A stretch of 64,000 nucleotides of DNA from Antedon mediterranea (GCF_964355755.1 NC_092673.1:6944001-7008000); one strand, 5' to 3'. Counted from the stretch's first letter, positions 12,638-23,879 are shown. Notes: generated from the sequence alone by a model not told the origin. Made by a program: numbers and translations.

Positions 12638-12638
<1 letters not shown>
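10582..12638 (+). mobile_element. Penelope-like retroelement (RT + GIY-YIG), 5'-truncated and frameshifted, Naiad-like
   Basis: ADKT, FDIVEFYPSI, MGSYDGAETCELVG, GLYRDDGL, CNC-x5-CPLNGNC, YIGLTENDFKTRYRNH and CNLCLKEK motifs across three frames. Flanked by (TA)n on both sides; hammerhead in the 3' end. Confidence 0.9.
12554..12602 (+). ncRNA. Type I hammerhead ribozyme
   Basis: GTCTC-CTGATGA-GTGAGT(tgcacg)ACTCAC-GAAA-CA(agcc)TG-TA-GAGAC: complete core, three stems, GUA cleavage triplet. Confidence 0.9.

Positions 12639-12718
<80 letters not shown>
12639..12718. repeat. (TA)n microsatellite, about 40 units
   Basis: Perfect TA run directly after the PLE 3' end. Confidence 0.98.
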
Positions 12719-12723
<5 letters not shown>

Positions 12724-13330
12724 CTGAATATTAATTGTAGGTCTCACCTTTCACTAGATAAAAGCAATAGGTCAAATTGTGTTGCAGGTTTGTGGATGTC
12801 AATACAGTGAAAAGTAAACACGTTTCAACATAAAATAATATTAAATAAAAATAATGTAGACCTCAAGGTCGTTCGATTGTTGTTCATTTTTATTTCAACG
12901 GAGAAATTTGTTATACTAATGGCTTTTCGTTAAAAATCAATCAAAGCTATTATTTTGCTATTTAATACGCAATTTGTTTGCGTATAAGGTTTATTACATC
13001 TTTTGCAGTAGTCAAGGGTGGATAAAGGTAGGTAGTACAGTACGCTACTAACGCCTGTTTTCCATTAAACGCAACGCAACGACGTAGGCACAACGCAAGC
13101 GAGGTGACCAATCACAAACGACTGTTCGGATGATCAATCGCGTCGTTATTATCAAATTACTTGCGGCGCGATGACGTACTTGCGTTACGTCTGAGGGAGA
13201 TCTAAGCCTAATAGGTACAAGTTGGCATAATGTATGAGTTTGTATTTATCTCAAGCAGTACAAATTAGATGAAAGTTTACGTTCGACAATCTGTATTTGT
13301 GCAGATGCTTCTAAGCTGTACATAATGGGT

Positions 13331-14402
13331 TTTGTGTTACGTTAGCGACCGGACAGGACAACAAACAAACACAGATAAACCATCATTGGATGGAAATGTC
13401 ATTTATTCAAATGACGAATATTAAAACGTGTATATTGGTAAAACATAGATGACATATCACTTCTAGTATAAAACTTAATTATATTACATAATATAAAATG
13501 GGTCACGCCCTATACGTTATGTCATCTTAAACATAAATCAAATACTGCATAACGGATATCAGTTATCAGAATATTTAATCAAAGTATAAATCAAAGTATT
13601 AAACTCTACTTACTAAACAGTACTTAATATTAGGTTAACAAATTTGACTTAAGCATCAAATATATACATCTATAAATCTACTTGAGTCTGATTAAAATAC
13701 AATAAAATATGAAATTGGCTGTATATAAGACATGAGTCTGGCGCCCAGCCAAAGCAAAACGGGGGAAGAATGGGGTGGTCGGAGGGAAATTGAGTTTTGA
13801 CGCAGGACGTAGGTTTAGTCTTAATTAAAACAAAGGAGAGGATTAAACCACATGCGCCGCCGCTTATAAAGCCCCTCCAGCGATATGTTATGCATGACTT
13901 GGCAAATGAAACACCCTCTATCAGGAATTACAATTATACCTGTCTGCTAAGTGACACAAAACTATTTTCCTATATGCTTCGGAAAATTCTCTTTGTGTTA
14001 CGCTAGCGACCGGACAGGACAACAAACAAACACAGATAAACCATCATTGGATGGAAATGTCATTTATTCAAATGACGAATATTAAAACGTGTATATTGGT
14101 AAAACATAGATGACATATCACTTCTAGTATAAAACTTAATTATATTACATAATATAAAATGGGTCACGCCCTATACGTTATGTCATCTTAAACATAAATC
14201 AAATACTGCATAACGGATATCAGTTATCAGAATATTTAAACAAAGTATAAATCAAAGTATTAAACTCTACTTACTAAACAGTACTTAATATTAGGTTAAC
14301 AAATTTGACTTAAGCATCAAATATATACATCTATAAATCTACTTGAGTCTGATTAAAATACAATAAAATATGAAATTGGCTGTATATAAGACATGAGTCT
14401 GG
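13331..14402 (-). repeat. Ngaro 3' split direct repeats B2-A2-B1
   Basis: 13331-13741 matches 13992-14402; 13787-13994 matches 20784-20991. Confidence 0.95.
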
Positions 14403-14472
14403 GTGTCAACGCCAAAAACCCAGCCTTGGATGGGTTCCCACCCAGACCAAACAAAAACCACGGACCTGCCCC

Positions 14473-15404
14473 TTATGAACTGAACGATGAAATACGAATG
14501 TATTTCTTGAAAACAGAAGATTTCCATCTCCCAAATTGTTGAATGAGGCTATCTGACATGCCTAATGACGCAGCATGTGTTGCTGCCCCAATACGAAAAC
14601 TGTGGCCCTTGTAATGGCTCGGATTCAACCCAATAAACGACACTGCCGCTCTCAGCCGGCACGACACAAATTGTTGTGTAACCGCCTTGCCATCAAGGTG
14701 CTGAAACAAGGGACCTGTGGACTGTTGGCAATGTGCGAGGTAGTTTGTTAGTGCGGCTACTGGGCAGTACTTTTCTCTAACCCATGGTGCAAATGATACC
14801 GAAACGGGGGGTTTTCCAACTCCAGTTTTGTGGTGTCGTATTATGATTAAGGCCCCAGTTTCGTTCAGAGTTAAATCGTTGCGCTGTACTACGTTCGAAT
14901 CTTTGGCTTTAGATGCCAATTCTCCGAGTCGAAAAAACCCCTGAAACGCTGTAAGAAATAATGCTTCAAGTAACAAACGATGGGGTAGTAATGGTTCTAT
15001 AAACTGCAATGCATCGAGTAGCCTAATCAAGATCCCTTTTGTTATGGGAAGCCGAGAGTCCACTTTTGCCGCCCTAGAATGAATTCCGCGGATAATTTTT
15101 TGAACGAGGAAAAACCCGCTAGGATCCGGTAGGCCTACTAACTTGTGTACGAACGAGATTGCAGACATATGCGAGGAAATTGTTCCCGGTGCCAGACCTT
15201 TGTCAAATAAATGAGACAGGAAATTACAAATTGTACCTACATTAAGTGGTAAGGGTACTCGTTTTCCTGACCAGGATGCCAACAGTTGCAGACTACGTCT
15301 GTAAGCCTTTCTGGTGGCTGGTGCGAGGGAGGATTCGATTAAGGAGACCGCTGTCGGTGTCAGAGTGGGATTGGCTGCTCCTTGCTGTGGGTCTATGGAG
15401 AAGC
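14473..15404 (-). CDS. Tyrosine recombinase of the Ngaro element
   Basis: FFRLGEL, HHKT, GHSFRIGAAT, GRWKS..FKKY catalytic motifs. The frame is open upstream of the called ORF (IESSLAPATRKAY) to a splice acceptor at 15405. Confidence 0.92.
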
Positions 15405-15591
15405 CTGTAAAATAAACTATACAAATTAATCTTGTTTAACGTAAGTAAGTTATTGAAGCAGCTCCCGGCTGGACTTCAGGTTTTGTGCAAAGTAATTTAG
15501 AAGCAGCCCAAGCTGGACTTCATCGTTCGTGACCGAGTACTTAGAAGCAGCCCAAGCTGAACTTTTCGTACTGCATAATGATCCCAGGCAT

Positions 15592-16187
15592 TTAAATGTG
15601 AAGCAGCTCATGCTGTACTTCTGTAGGATGAGCGCTAAGAGACTTATCCAATGACAATGCTTTGTTGATTTTGAGCCTAGACAGTAGGTCAGCCAACACA
15701 TTTTCCTTGCCTGGAATGTGTTTTGCTTTGAACAGAATGTTGTGATTTAGGCAACAAAGCACCAAGCGTCGCAGAAGCCGCAGGAGAGTAGCGTCTTTCG
15801 CGGTTTTTTTGTTAAGTATTTCGCAAACTGCTTGGTTGTCGGACCGAAATAGGATCCTCTTATTCGCGAGCCTGGGTACCCACGTTTCCAACGCAATCAC
15901 AATTGGAAACAATTCAAGTACAGCTATGGACCTGCCTAAAAATGAACACGGCCAAGGAAACGCAAACCAATCACTTCCTAAGATAGCACCGCATCCGATT
16001 GAACCCGCTGCGTCGGTAAATAATCGGATCGTATCCGAGGTGATCCATTTTTCCGGAAGAATGAGGGCTTTGCCATTGAAATGTTTAATAAAGGTAAGCC
16101 ACATGTACAGATCCTGTTTCGCTTCTAAACTAAGCCTAATGAAATGGTTTGGGTGTTTTGCAAGAGAGAGGAGGTTGATGAGTCTTC
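15592..16187 (-). CDS. RT C-terminus/RNase H half of Ngaro pol (downstream of the hAT insertion)
   Basis: LFTDAAGSIGCG, IAVLELFPI, FRSDNQAV, HIPGKENVLADLLSR are DIRS-type RNase H motifs. Joins the RT half in frame (FLRR|LINLL) once the insertion and one TSD are removed. Confidence 0.9.
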
Positions 16188-17499
16188 CAGGGCTCGAAAT
16201 TCACGCTAGCAAACTAGCATTTTGCTAGTAGATTCTTGATAATTGCTAGTTGAAAATTTCAAAACTAGCAAATGTTTGCTAGTGTAATTTTTGGAAAAAT
16301 ACGTACTTTTTAGCTTAGCCACGCTAGCCGCCAATCGCTATGTCGACAACGGCTAATAGGAACCACTTTGGTGAAAACAATTGTTTCATTTACACGCCGC
16401 CAATTTACGTCAAGGAAACGCGAATAGCACCGTGAATCATGTGGTAGCATAGTTGTTAGCGATGTGCATTATAAACAGCAAGCTTTTCCCCAACACAAAA
16501 GCATGTGCATTTAGTACGTCGCTAAGGATTAAATCATCAACCACGTGATCACAGAATACGCGATTATCAATTTAGGGATTTAACAAAATAAATATTTTGC
16601 CTACACAGTGGTCGAAGCGCGTATTTAATAGATTCGTAAATAGTAAACACCCCCCCCCCCCCACTTAATGGACTCTTCCAATTTTGTTTATGATCTCGCA
16701 CACCACGAGGTCCTGTTGTTTGTGCGATGGATTTTCTTATGCCTATTGTTTACCTGCGGAATTAAATTACACACACTTTCGCATCACAACTTTAATTACT
16801 GATTGACACAGCAATGGGCAAAGGATTCATCAAAGAAGAATACGTTGAATAAAAATTCACTTAAGAAATGCCGTAAGCTGTTTTCAAACTATTGATCAGC
16901 CCACTATTATTCCAACATCATGCCTCTCGTGCGATAGGGAATTTCCTGGATAGAGACGAGTGGAGCGCGAGAGACGGCGGAGTGAGGCGGGCGTAGCTTG
17001 GACGGATTAGTTATGGCCTACCAATTTCGCTCGGTGGCAATTAAATTTAATGTTTTAATTACGTCTGGATATAAACAATATAAAACTCAGTTTTGTCATC
17101 GGCAATGATATTTTATACATAGGCCTAGTCAATTTTGTTCCGCTTCAAACTTTAAAAGTTTGATGTTTCGACCTAAAAAAAAGTGGGCCGAAACGTCTCG
17201 GGACGAATCGTCCATAGGCCGAAACGCCCTTGATTTGACTAGCATGAAAGCATGTCTTGATCTTTTTTTAATTAGGCTAAAAAGGGTACTACTACTACTA
17301 CAGCTTTGCCTAGCTAGCTAGGCCTACACCTAAAAGCTAGGCCTAGGTCTACACCTAAATAAATTCAGATTTGTGTAGAATTTAACTATTTTATCGAAAA
17401 AAAAATGTGATTGCTAGTTATGCTGCTGATTTTGCTAGTTAATTTTTTTACAACTAGCAAAGTTTGCTAGTCGAAAAAAAAAGTAAATTTCGAGCCCTG
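16188..17499. mobile_element. Non-autonomous hAT-like DNA transposon with 6-bp TSD
   Basis: TIR CAGGGCTCGAAATT / AATTTCGAGCCCTG. TSD GTCTTC at 16182-16187 and 17500-17505. Clustered GCTAG/CTAGC subterminal motifs. No ORF. Confidence 0.85.
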
Positions 17500-18664
17500 G
17501 TCTTCGCAAAAAAGTTCGACCCGGTAGGACAACTGAACAAGCATAACTCAAGAGCCCTATTAACGATTGTAGTTCCCTTAAAGTAACTTTTTTCCTTGTT
17601 ACAAATTTATCTAGAATTGATTTTATTTTCGTTACTTTTGCCTCCGGCAAGCGACATATCATGTTGATTGAATCAACTTCAATGCCGTAAATGATGATAT
17701 TCGTCGTTGGAGCGACTGTCTTAGAATCTTTTATGGGTACTCCAATTCTGCGACAAAGGAATATGAAACTGGCTAATGCTTCGCGACAGGTTTTCGAATG
17801 CGCCGGGCCTACGAACCAGAAATCGTCTAAAATGTGCGAAGACTCATGAACCTGAAATTTGTTCCCCATGATCCATATTATTGCTCGACTAAATGACTCA
17901 AATATTTGGCAGGATCTGCTAGCCCCCATTGGTAGACACTTGTCAAAGTAAAGTAGACCCTCCCAACTGAAACCTAACAGATGATAGTCGTCCGGATGGA
18001 TCGGGACAATGCGAAAAGCATCTTCGATATCTGCCTTGGCCATAAGGCATCCTATTCCATTGCGGAGAACAAGCATTATTACCGAATCTATTGTATCGTA
18101 TGACACGGCAGAGGCTTCGGAAGGGATACCGGAGTTTACAGAGACGCCCCGCGGGTATGACAGGTCTTGTATAATACGGAATTTTCCCGCCTCCGCCTTT
18201 GGAATGACGCCCAACGGTGATGCGACAAAATCTGAGAAAGGTGGGGAGACAAACGGGCCTGCTAGCCTTTTGCGTTGGATACCAATCTTAATAAAAGTTG
18301 TGATTTGCTCCGGATGGTTAATGGCGCTAGGATGGTTGCGTGCGATTCCCGGCGGAGGGGGAGTGTTGCAACAAAGTCTGAACCCGACTGAAAATCCCGA
18401 AATTAAATTTGTAAAGAGGCGTGGTGAATAACCGGTTAAGTACGAGGCCAGCACTTTAACTTTTACTGGTGTTGGTAATGTTGCCTTGCTTGGCTGTTTG
18501 ATTTCTGGCCGTGATATGTCCGAATCCAGAGGGACGCTGTTTCCTGCAGCGGATCTTGGGATGAGGGAGGTCGCACAAGGGACAGTTGTGTTTGAAAGTA
18601 CAGGGATGTGCTGTGCAGGTTTTTCCTGTATGGAAGGCAAAGCAGTAGCCTTTGGGAACCCCAC
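17500..18664 (-). CDS. Reverse transcriptase half of Ngaro pol (interrupted)
   Basis: SPLGVIPK..KFRIIQDLS, KADIEDAFR, LPMGASRSCQIF, HILDDF, LQSLIGLL motifs. Overlaps the gag 3' end in another frame. Confidence 0.92.
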
Positions 18665-19376
18665 GAAAAGGCTGATTGAATCCCGTTCTCACCCCTGAAG
18701 TGGTCATCGGGACCGATTGATATGTTACTAGCTTTAGCATCAGTTCGGTGTGCAGTACCTCCCACTTCAAGGAGCGTCCTTGACGGGCTCTTCTGAATTG
18801 TTCATCGTATGCTCGCCATGCATTGTTCTGTGCAGTAATTGACAACTCCAAAATGTTGTTCGCATATTTTAAAATGTTAAAACATTCCTTTGGGAATTTT
18901 TCCAAGAAAATGGCTGCATAGATGTGGAACGCCTGTTGCCATTCTAAAACCGTGAGCGGTTTCCGTTTTTGGTCGCTCTCGACTCGCACTTGGTTTCCTG
19001 CTATAGTCACAGACATATGCGGGTCGCGTTGGTTGGGGAGCAGAGACCTTATTTCGATATATTGATCGTTCCAAATTTTTGTTTTGGTGGGAAGAGGAAT
19101 GTCCGACCCCAAGGCAATAGTGTCCATCATTGTCAATTGACACCCAGTTGACGGCTCACCTTGGAGAAGGTCGCTGATTAAAGGGGTAACCGCTTCTTCC
19201 ATCGCCGATGGTCCATCTCCCTCTGATGAATTAGTAGCAGGAGGCGCATCGGTCGGTTTCTTCATCTGTTTTGCTACGGCCTCTGCCAATTTTTCATAGT
19301 CGATATTAGCTGTTAGTTGTTCCGTTGTGGTTGGTTTTGGTGCCGCTGACCGGCGGGTGGACTTTGATTTCGGCAT
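18456..19376 (-). CDS. Gag-like ORF1 of the Ngaro element
   Basis: ATG at 19376 (MPKSKSTRRS); KIWNDQYIE, W..AF..Y, WRAYDEQFR and C-terminal CFAFH..C..C.FKHNC..C..H zinc-finger motifs typical of DIRS/Ngaro ORF1. Confidence 0.85.
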   Translation of the reverse strand: MPKSKSTRRSAAPKPTTTEQLTANIDYEKLAEAVAKQMKKPTDAPPATNSSEGDGPSAMEEAVTPLISDLLQGEPSTGCQLTMMDTIALGSDIPLPTKTKIWNDQYIEIRSLLPNQRDPHMSVTIAGNQVRVESDQKRKPLTVLEWQQAFHIYAAIFLEKFPKECFNILKYANNILELSITAQNNAWRAYDEQFRRARQGRSLKWEVLHTELMLKLVTYQSVPMTTSGVRTGFNQPFRGVPKGYCFAFHTGKTCTAHPCTFKHNCPLCDLPHPKIRCRKQRPSGFGHITARNQTAKQGNITNTSKS

Positions 19377-20055
19377 TTTACCTAGATAATAGTAATTAAA
19401 GAACAAAAAAAATATATATCTATATAAAGTAGTTGCGGGTTTATATCCCGTGGTAACATGTATGATTCACCCATCGATTTGCAAGTAACCTGGCGGCACA
19501 GCATAGCTGGTAATTATCCAGGTAAACATCCAAACGTGGGTGAGCCAACCAACCAAAAAGAAATATAATTAACATGGTATAAAAAGCTATATAAGCATAG
19601 TATGGTCGGCCCCACCACTTGGCCTGGAGGCACAGCATAAAACTGCTGGAAGTTACCCAGGACCGATAGTTGGTGGCTACGTTATTATAAATAAAAATAC
19701 ATTCGGCGGAGAGTAAAAAAACTGCCAATCGATATGGCATAGTATAACACCAACCGAAGATAAAATGGCCGACCATAAGATAAAAAGCCTGGAGGCACAG
19801 CTAAAATAGCTGGAAATTACCCAGGAAAACCATGTAATGAGTTGGTGGTTAGGTAGGCCTACCGTAATCATAGGTAGTAGACTACTAAGTAATAGTAGAA
19901 GAAAGATAATTATACTGTATAGTATAAAATACTATATCTATATATATAATATATAATAGTAGTAGCAGTATTATTGCATATTCTTATAAAAAAATATCAT
20001 CAATAAATTTTTTATTTATTTATTTTTTTTTTATATTTACTGATGATAGAAACAT

Positions 20056-20634
20056 TTATTTAAATACTGGCCTTTTAAGAATTTTTTCTGCGTGCATCAT
20101 CGCTCCTCTTACACTCCTCATATACTTGTACATGCCTGATGGACCGAGATGGACACCGTCTACATGTAGATGAGACAAATCGCCCCATAATCCTCTGTGC
20201 TTCCATAGTATAACATCATGCCTATTTGCAAACCGCCTTTCTAAAGTTCGGTTGAGTTGAATGATCCTGTCGTTAAAGCGACCACCCACTACGTTCGGCG
20301 ATCGTTTAAGGAGTTGACAAATCATCACGAGTTTACAACCTGTTCCGCATAGCAGGAAGTTAACTAAAGTGCATAAGCGTGCGACTATGTAGCGATTATC
20401 TCGGTCAGCTAGGTCGTTTTCTCCAAGTTGTATAATTACAACATCAGGCGACACAGGCCAAGCATATAATAAAGATGGGTATTGATGAAGTTTAAGACCC
20501 CCTCTACATCTGTAGGCAATAACAAAGTTGTGTTTCGATAGTCTCATATTAGCCGCATTGTTGAACGGTGTGTTGGCATAGTCACGTAGCCTCCGAATAA
20601 AGGAGTGCCCGAAAAGGCATACCGTAATTGGCAT
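20056..20634 (-). CDS. SGNH/GDSL hydrolase-like ORF carried by the Ngaro element
   Basis: Block I LFGHSFIRRL, block II RGG, block III QLGENDL, block V DGVHL. Intact 192 aa and inside the A1 boundary. Confidence 0.88.
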   Translation of the reverse strand: MPITVCLFGHSFIRRLRDYANTPFNNAANMRLSKHNFVIAYRCRGGLKLHQYPSLLYAWPVSPDVVIIQLGENDLADRDNRYIVARLCTLVNFLLCGTGCKLVMICQLLKRSPNVVGGRFNDRIIQLNRTLERRFANRHDVILWKHRGLWGDLSHLHVDGVHLGPSGMYKYMRSVRGAMMHAEKILKRPVFK

Positions 20635-21000
20635 GATACCTTTATAAATTAAAACAGTTACTTACAGAAACGAGGGAGAATGCGTAAAATACAGTTGAAT
20701 TCTGAAGAAATCACGAATAGTTAGGATGTGATACGAAAAATTACTCTCCAAATATATAATGACAACGATGAAATGGAATTTGAAAATTGAGTTTTGACGC
20801 AGGACGTAGGTTTAGTCTTAATTAAAACAAAGGAGAGGATTAAACCACATGCGCCGCCGCTTATAAAGCCCCTCCAGCGATATGTTATGCATGACTTGGC
20901 AAATGAAACACCCTCTATCAGGAATTACAATTATACCTGTCTGCTAAGTGACACAAAACTATTTTCCTATATGCTTCGGAAAATTCTCTTTTTAATCTCT

Positions 21001-21153
21001 AAAGCTCTGTCTACACTATCAAACTAGTTTGACAAAAAGAGTGTGATGTGCGAAAATATGGTAGTGATACGCTACAATAAGGTAGTGATATAACTTCGTC
21101 GGGTCCATATTATGGACACATCACACATTTTCAGAAAATGTGTAGAACGAGCT
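21001..21153. mobile_element. Short PIF/Harbinger-like MITE
   Basis: agctctgtctacac..gtgtagaacgagct ends; same family as 44558-44706, where TAA/TTA flanks and an empty paralogous site are visible. Confidence 0.55.
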
Positions 21154-21313
21154 TAAAATACTGTCAAAATTAAACATTTATAAAGGAAGGTATATATATT
21201 TATAGACTTTGTAAATGTGTTGCTTAGAAAATTAGAAAAAGCCTGATGAAGTAGGCTTGTTACAAAGCTGTTGGTTTGAATTTCAGCAAAACATTATCTT
21301 TTTTATCTTGCAG

Positions 21314-23879
21314 ATGTTTCTGTTAGTTATGTTAGGTGTTGTGATTCAAGCTTACTTGCCATACGGTACAGTATCGACCACCTGTTAGTAGTAAAATAAT
21401 ATATAAATGATGAATACCAGAGCTCAATACGAGACTCCTGCAAAACAGAAATCCGAGACAACTGCAAAACAGAGATCCGAAACCCAGGGATTAGCTAGTT
21501 TTTCAGATACAGATTATATTGATATTTCATGAATTTGTACCGAGCGCTCACAAAACTGTTTCCATCACTGTCTTACGATACAGGAATTGTTTCTTATTTG
21601 TGTCCCTCAATATCGAATACAACGTGTAGGCGCCCATTTTCATAATTTGTACTGCCAAAATTATTGTATGGCCACGTTAATCAGGTCAGGATAATTCACT
21701 ATTTATTTTATCTTTACATTAGGGCAACATATAATACCGGTGGCCGTTATACTTAATGCGCCAGTGATAATAAGCCAAGATTCAATCAATGACGTAATAA
21801 GAACGTCGAAAACAACTACTTCGGTCGACACTCTGACAACTTCGAAAACAAGTACTTCGGTAGAAACCCCGACAATGTCGAAGACAACTACTTTTGTCGA
21901 CACCCCGACAACGTCAAAAGGAACTACTTCGGTCGGCACCCCGACAACGTCGAAAAAAACTACTTTAGTCGACACCCTGACAACGTCAAAAACAACTACT
22001 TCGGTCGACACCCCGACAACGTCGAAAACAACTATGTTCGATACCCTGACAAAGTCAAAAACAACTACAGTAGTTCGGTCGACACCCCGATAACGTCGAA
22101 ATCAACTACTTTAATTGACACCGTGATAACATCGGTTGGCACAATTAAAACGCCAGCGAAAACGACTGTTTCGATGTTCGACACATTGGCAACATCAAAT
22201 ATGGCTACTTCGGACGGCTTGACAACAACACCAAAAACGACTACTTCAGACGATGCATCATTGACAATCACACCAACCGCCAGAGATACCAACATTAGGC
22301 CTGGTAACATTTCCAGTCAAGCTCATCACCAAAGATTATCATGTGTGTGAATACTTTTTTTATATTGACACCATTGAAGCATCATTGTCAACATCGCCAT
22401 TGAAAATCATCTATTTGGTCTAATAATAGGACTTATACTTAACTTACCCCACATTTTTTTTTTAGTTGAACATTTGGTATTTTAATGCAAAATATCTACC
22501 AGAAATAGACTTTGCTGCCTAGACTATGCGTGCCTTGTCGGCACTAAGTTTCTTCCTAAGGGAAGTAACCATACATGCCTGGAAAATACACTCATGTTGT
22601 GCTATAAGGGATTGTGACTGACCAACTTTATACATAGGTCTCCATAGCAATGTATAACATAAATGTGCAATTATCAGGGGAAAACCTAGGGGGAAACTAA
22701 ATAAGAAAGAAGAAATGTTTACGAAAAAATTCATCTGACTGTTGAACATTATCTCTAGTTAAACCCGTTTTTCATTAAGCTTATACGCGTGCGTAATCAT
22801 CGTTTCCTTTTTCAAATCCCCTTTTCTAACGGTCAAACAATTCATCTGACTGGGTTAATGTTCTATTGAACATAATATCTCTAGTTATACCGTCCTGTCT
22901 TACATTAGGCGAATTTGTTCTTGCGAATCGAAAGCGTCAGCTTATACGCAGCATAATCATTCTTCCATTTTCGAAATCCCCTTCTCCAACGGTCAGAAAA
23001 TGTATCTGACTGGGTTAATGTTCTATTAAACATAGTATCTCTAGTTAAACTTGCCTTTCTTTAGGCGAATCTCAGATATTCGCCTTTGTAGTAAATGGGG
23101 TAGCACGATTATTTTTCTTTACGAATGGTTGTATTGTTTAGTGGAAACACAATAATAACATAATCATCAACAACATTTGTATGCAAATGCTTCTTCGATA
23201 ATCTAACAATGCTATGCACAGAAAGGCAACATATCTAATCTTACAATATCGATTGAGGGAAATTTGTGATATCATGTTTAGATACCAAAAGAAAAAAAAA
23301 ATAATTACTGACAAATATAATATAAGCTTAAACGTTGCATGATGTGTGAGTGGTTTTCGTTTGATAAACGGCCTAGGCCTAAATGTCCGAAAGTCAGTTT
23401 TTTTCACTACTGTATGTCTAACTTGATAGTATGGTACATGCTAATTAGATCCTAATTAAACAACTTACGATTTCCATATTTGCTTTACTCTAGAAAAATC
23501 CGTTTGCCCAACCAAGTTGCCTTCTTTTCGAAAGATCAAGTCCATGCCTCGTGGTAAGTGCCTGTATATTGAAGAAAACACCAAAGCACACCAAGTGTTA
23601 GAAGACCGATCAACAAGAAGCATCTTTAATTGCTCACGTGAATGTTTACATAAAAAGAAAAATAACGCTGGCTTTCAATTGTACAAGTGCACGGCTGGAA
23701 TGTGTTGCCTTTGTCTCGACAAAACACAATTCCAAAACGTTAACGAGGTTGGCGCATATCAACAGCTGCGACAAAATATCCCTCAAGAAGATTGCGATTT
23801 GTTTCTAAGGCTCTGTTCAGACGTATACTTACACGATTTTACATCATCTGATGTTTACGAATTCTACTGTCCGAACTAA
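21314..23879 (+). pseudogene. Secreted Thr/Ser-mucin + divergent PAN/apple-like gene, frameshifted in exon 2
   Basis: Exon 1 21314-21365 (MFLLVMLGVVIQAYLPY, signal peptide). Exon 2 21723-22303 (39-bp/13-aa TSKTTTSVDTPTT repeats). Exon 3 23494-23879 (EKSVCPTKLPSFRKI..KCLY..NCSRECL..GFQLYKC..). Phase-1 GT-AG introns. A 5-bp insertion at about 22068-22072 shifts the frame. Confidence 0.75.

Larger units (their letters stand above)
13331..20991 (-). mobile_element. Ngaro-type (DIRS order) tyrosine-recombinase retrotransposon with split direct repeats
   Basis: Minus-strand order A1(20784-20991)-SGNH-gag-RT/RNaseH-YR-B1(13992-14402)-A2(13787-13994)-B2(13331-13741). A copies are 208 bp and appear identical; B copies are 411 bp with 2 differences seen. 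TTT at both ends and at the B1/A2 junction. Confidence 0.93.

Noticed and set aside
13797-14006. Duplicated small ORF MTQDVGLVL.. (also 20794-21027)
   Set aside because: Antisense ORF inside the Ngaro A repeat; the duplication is explained by the repeat.
14473-15282. Phage integrase or bacterial contamination
   Set aside because: The YR lies with DIRS-type RT/RNase H and gag inside split direct repeats, in intron-rich animal DNA.
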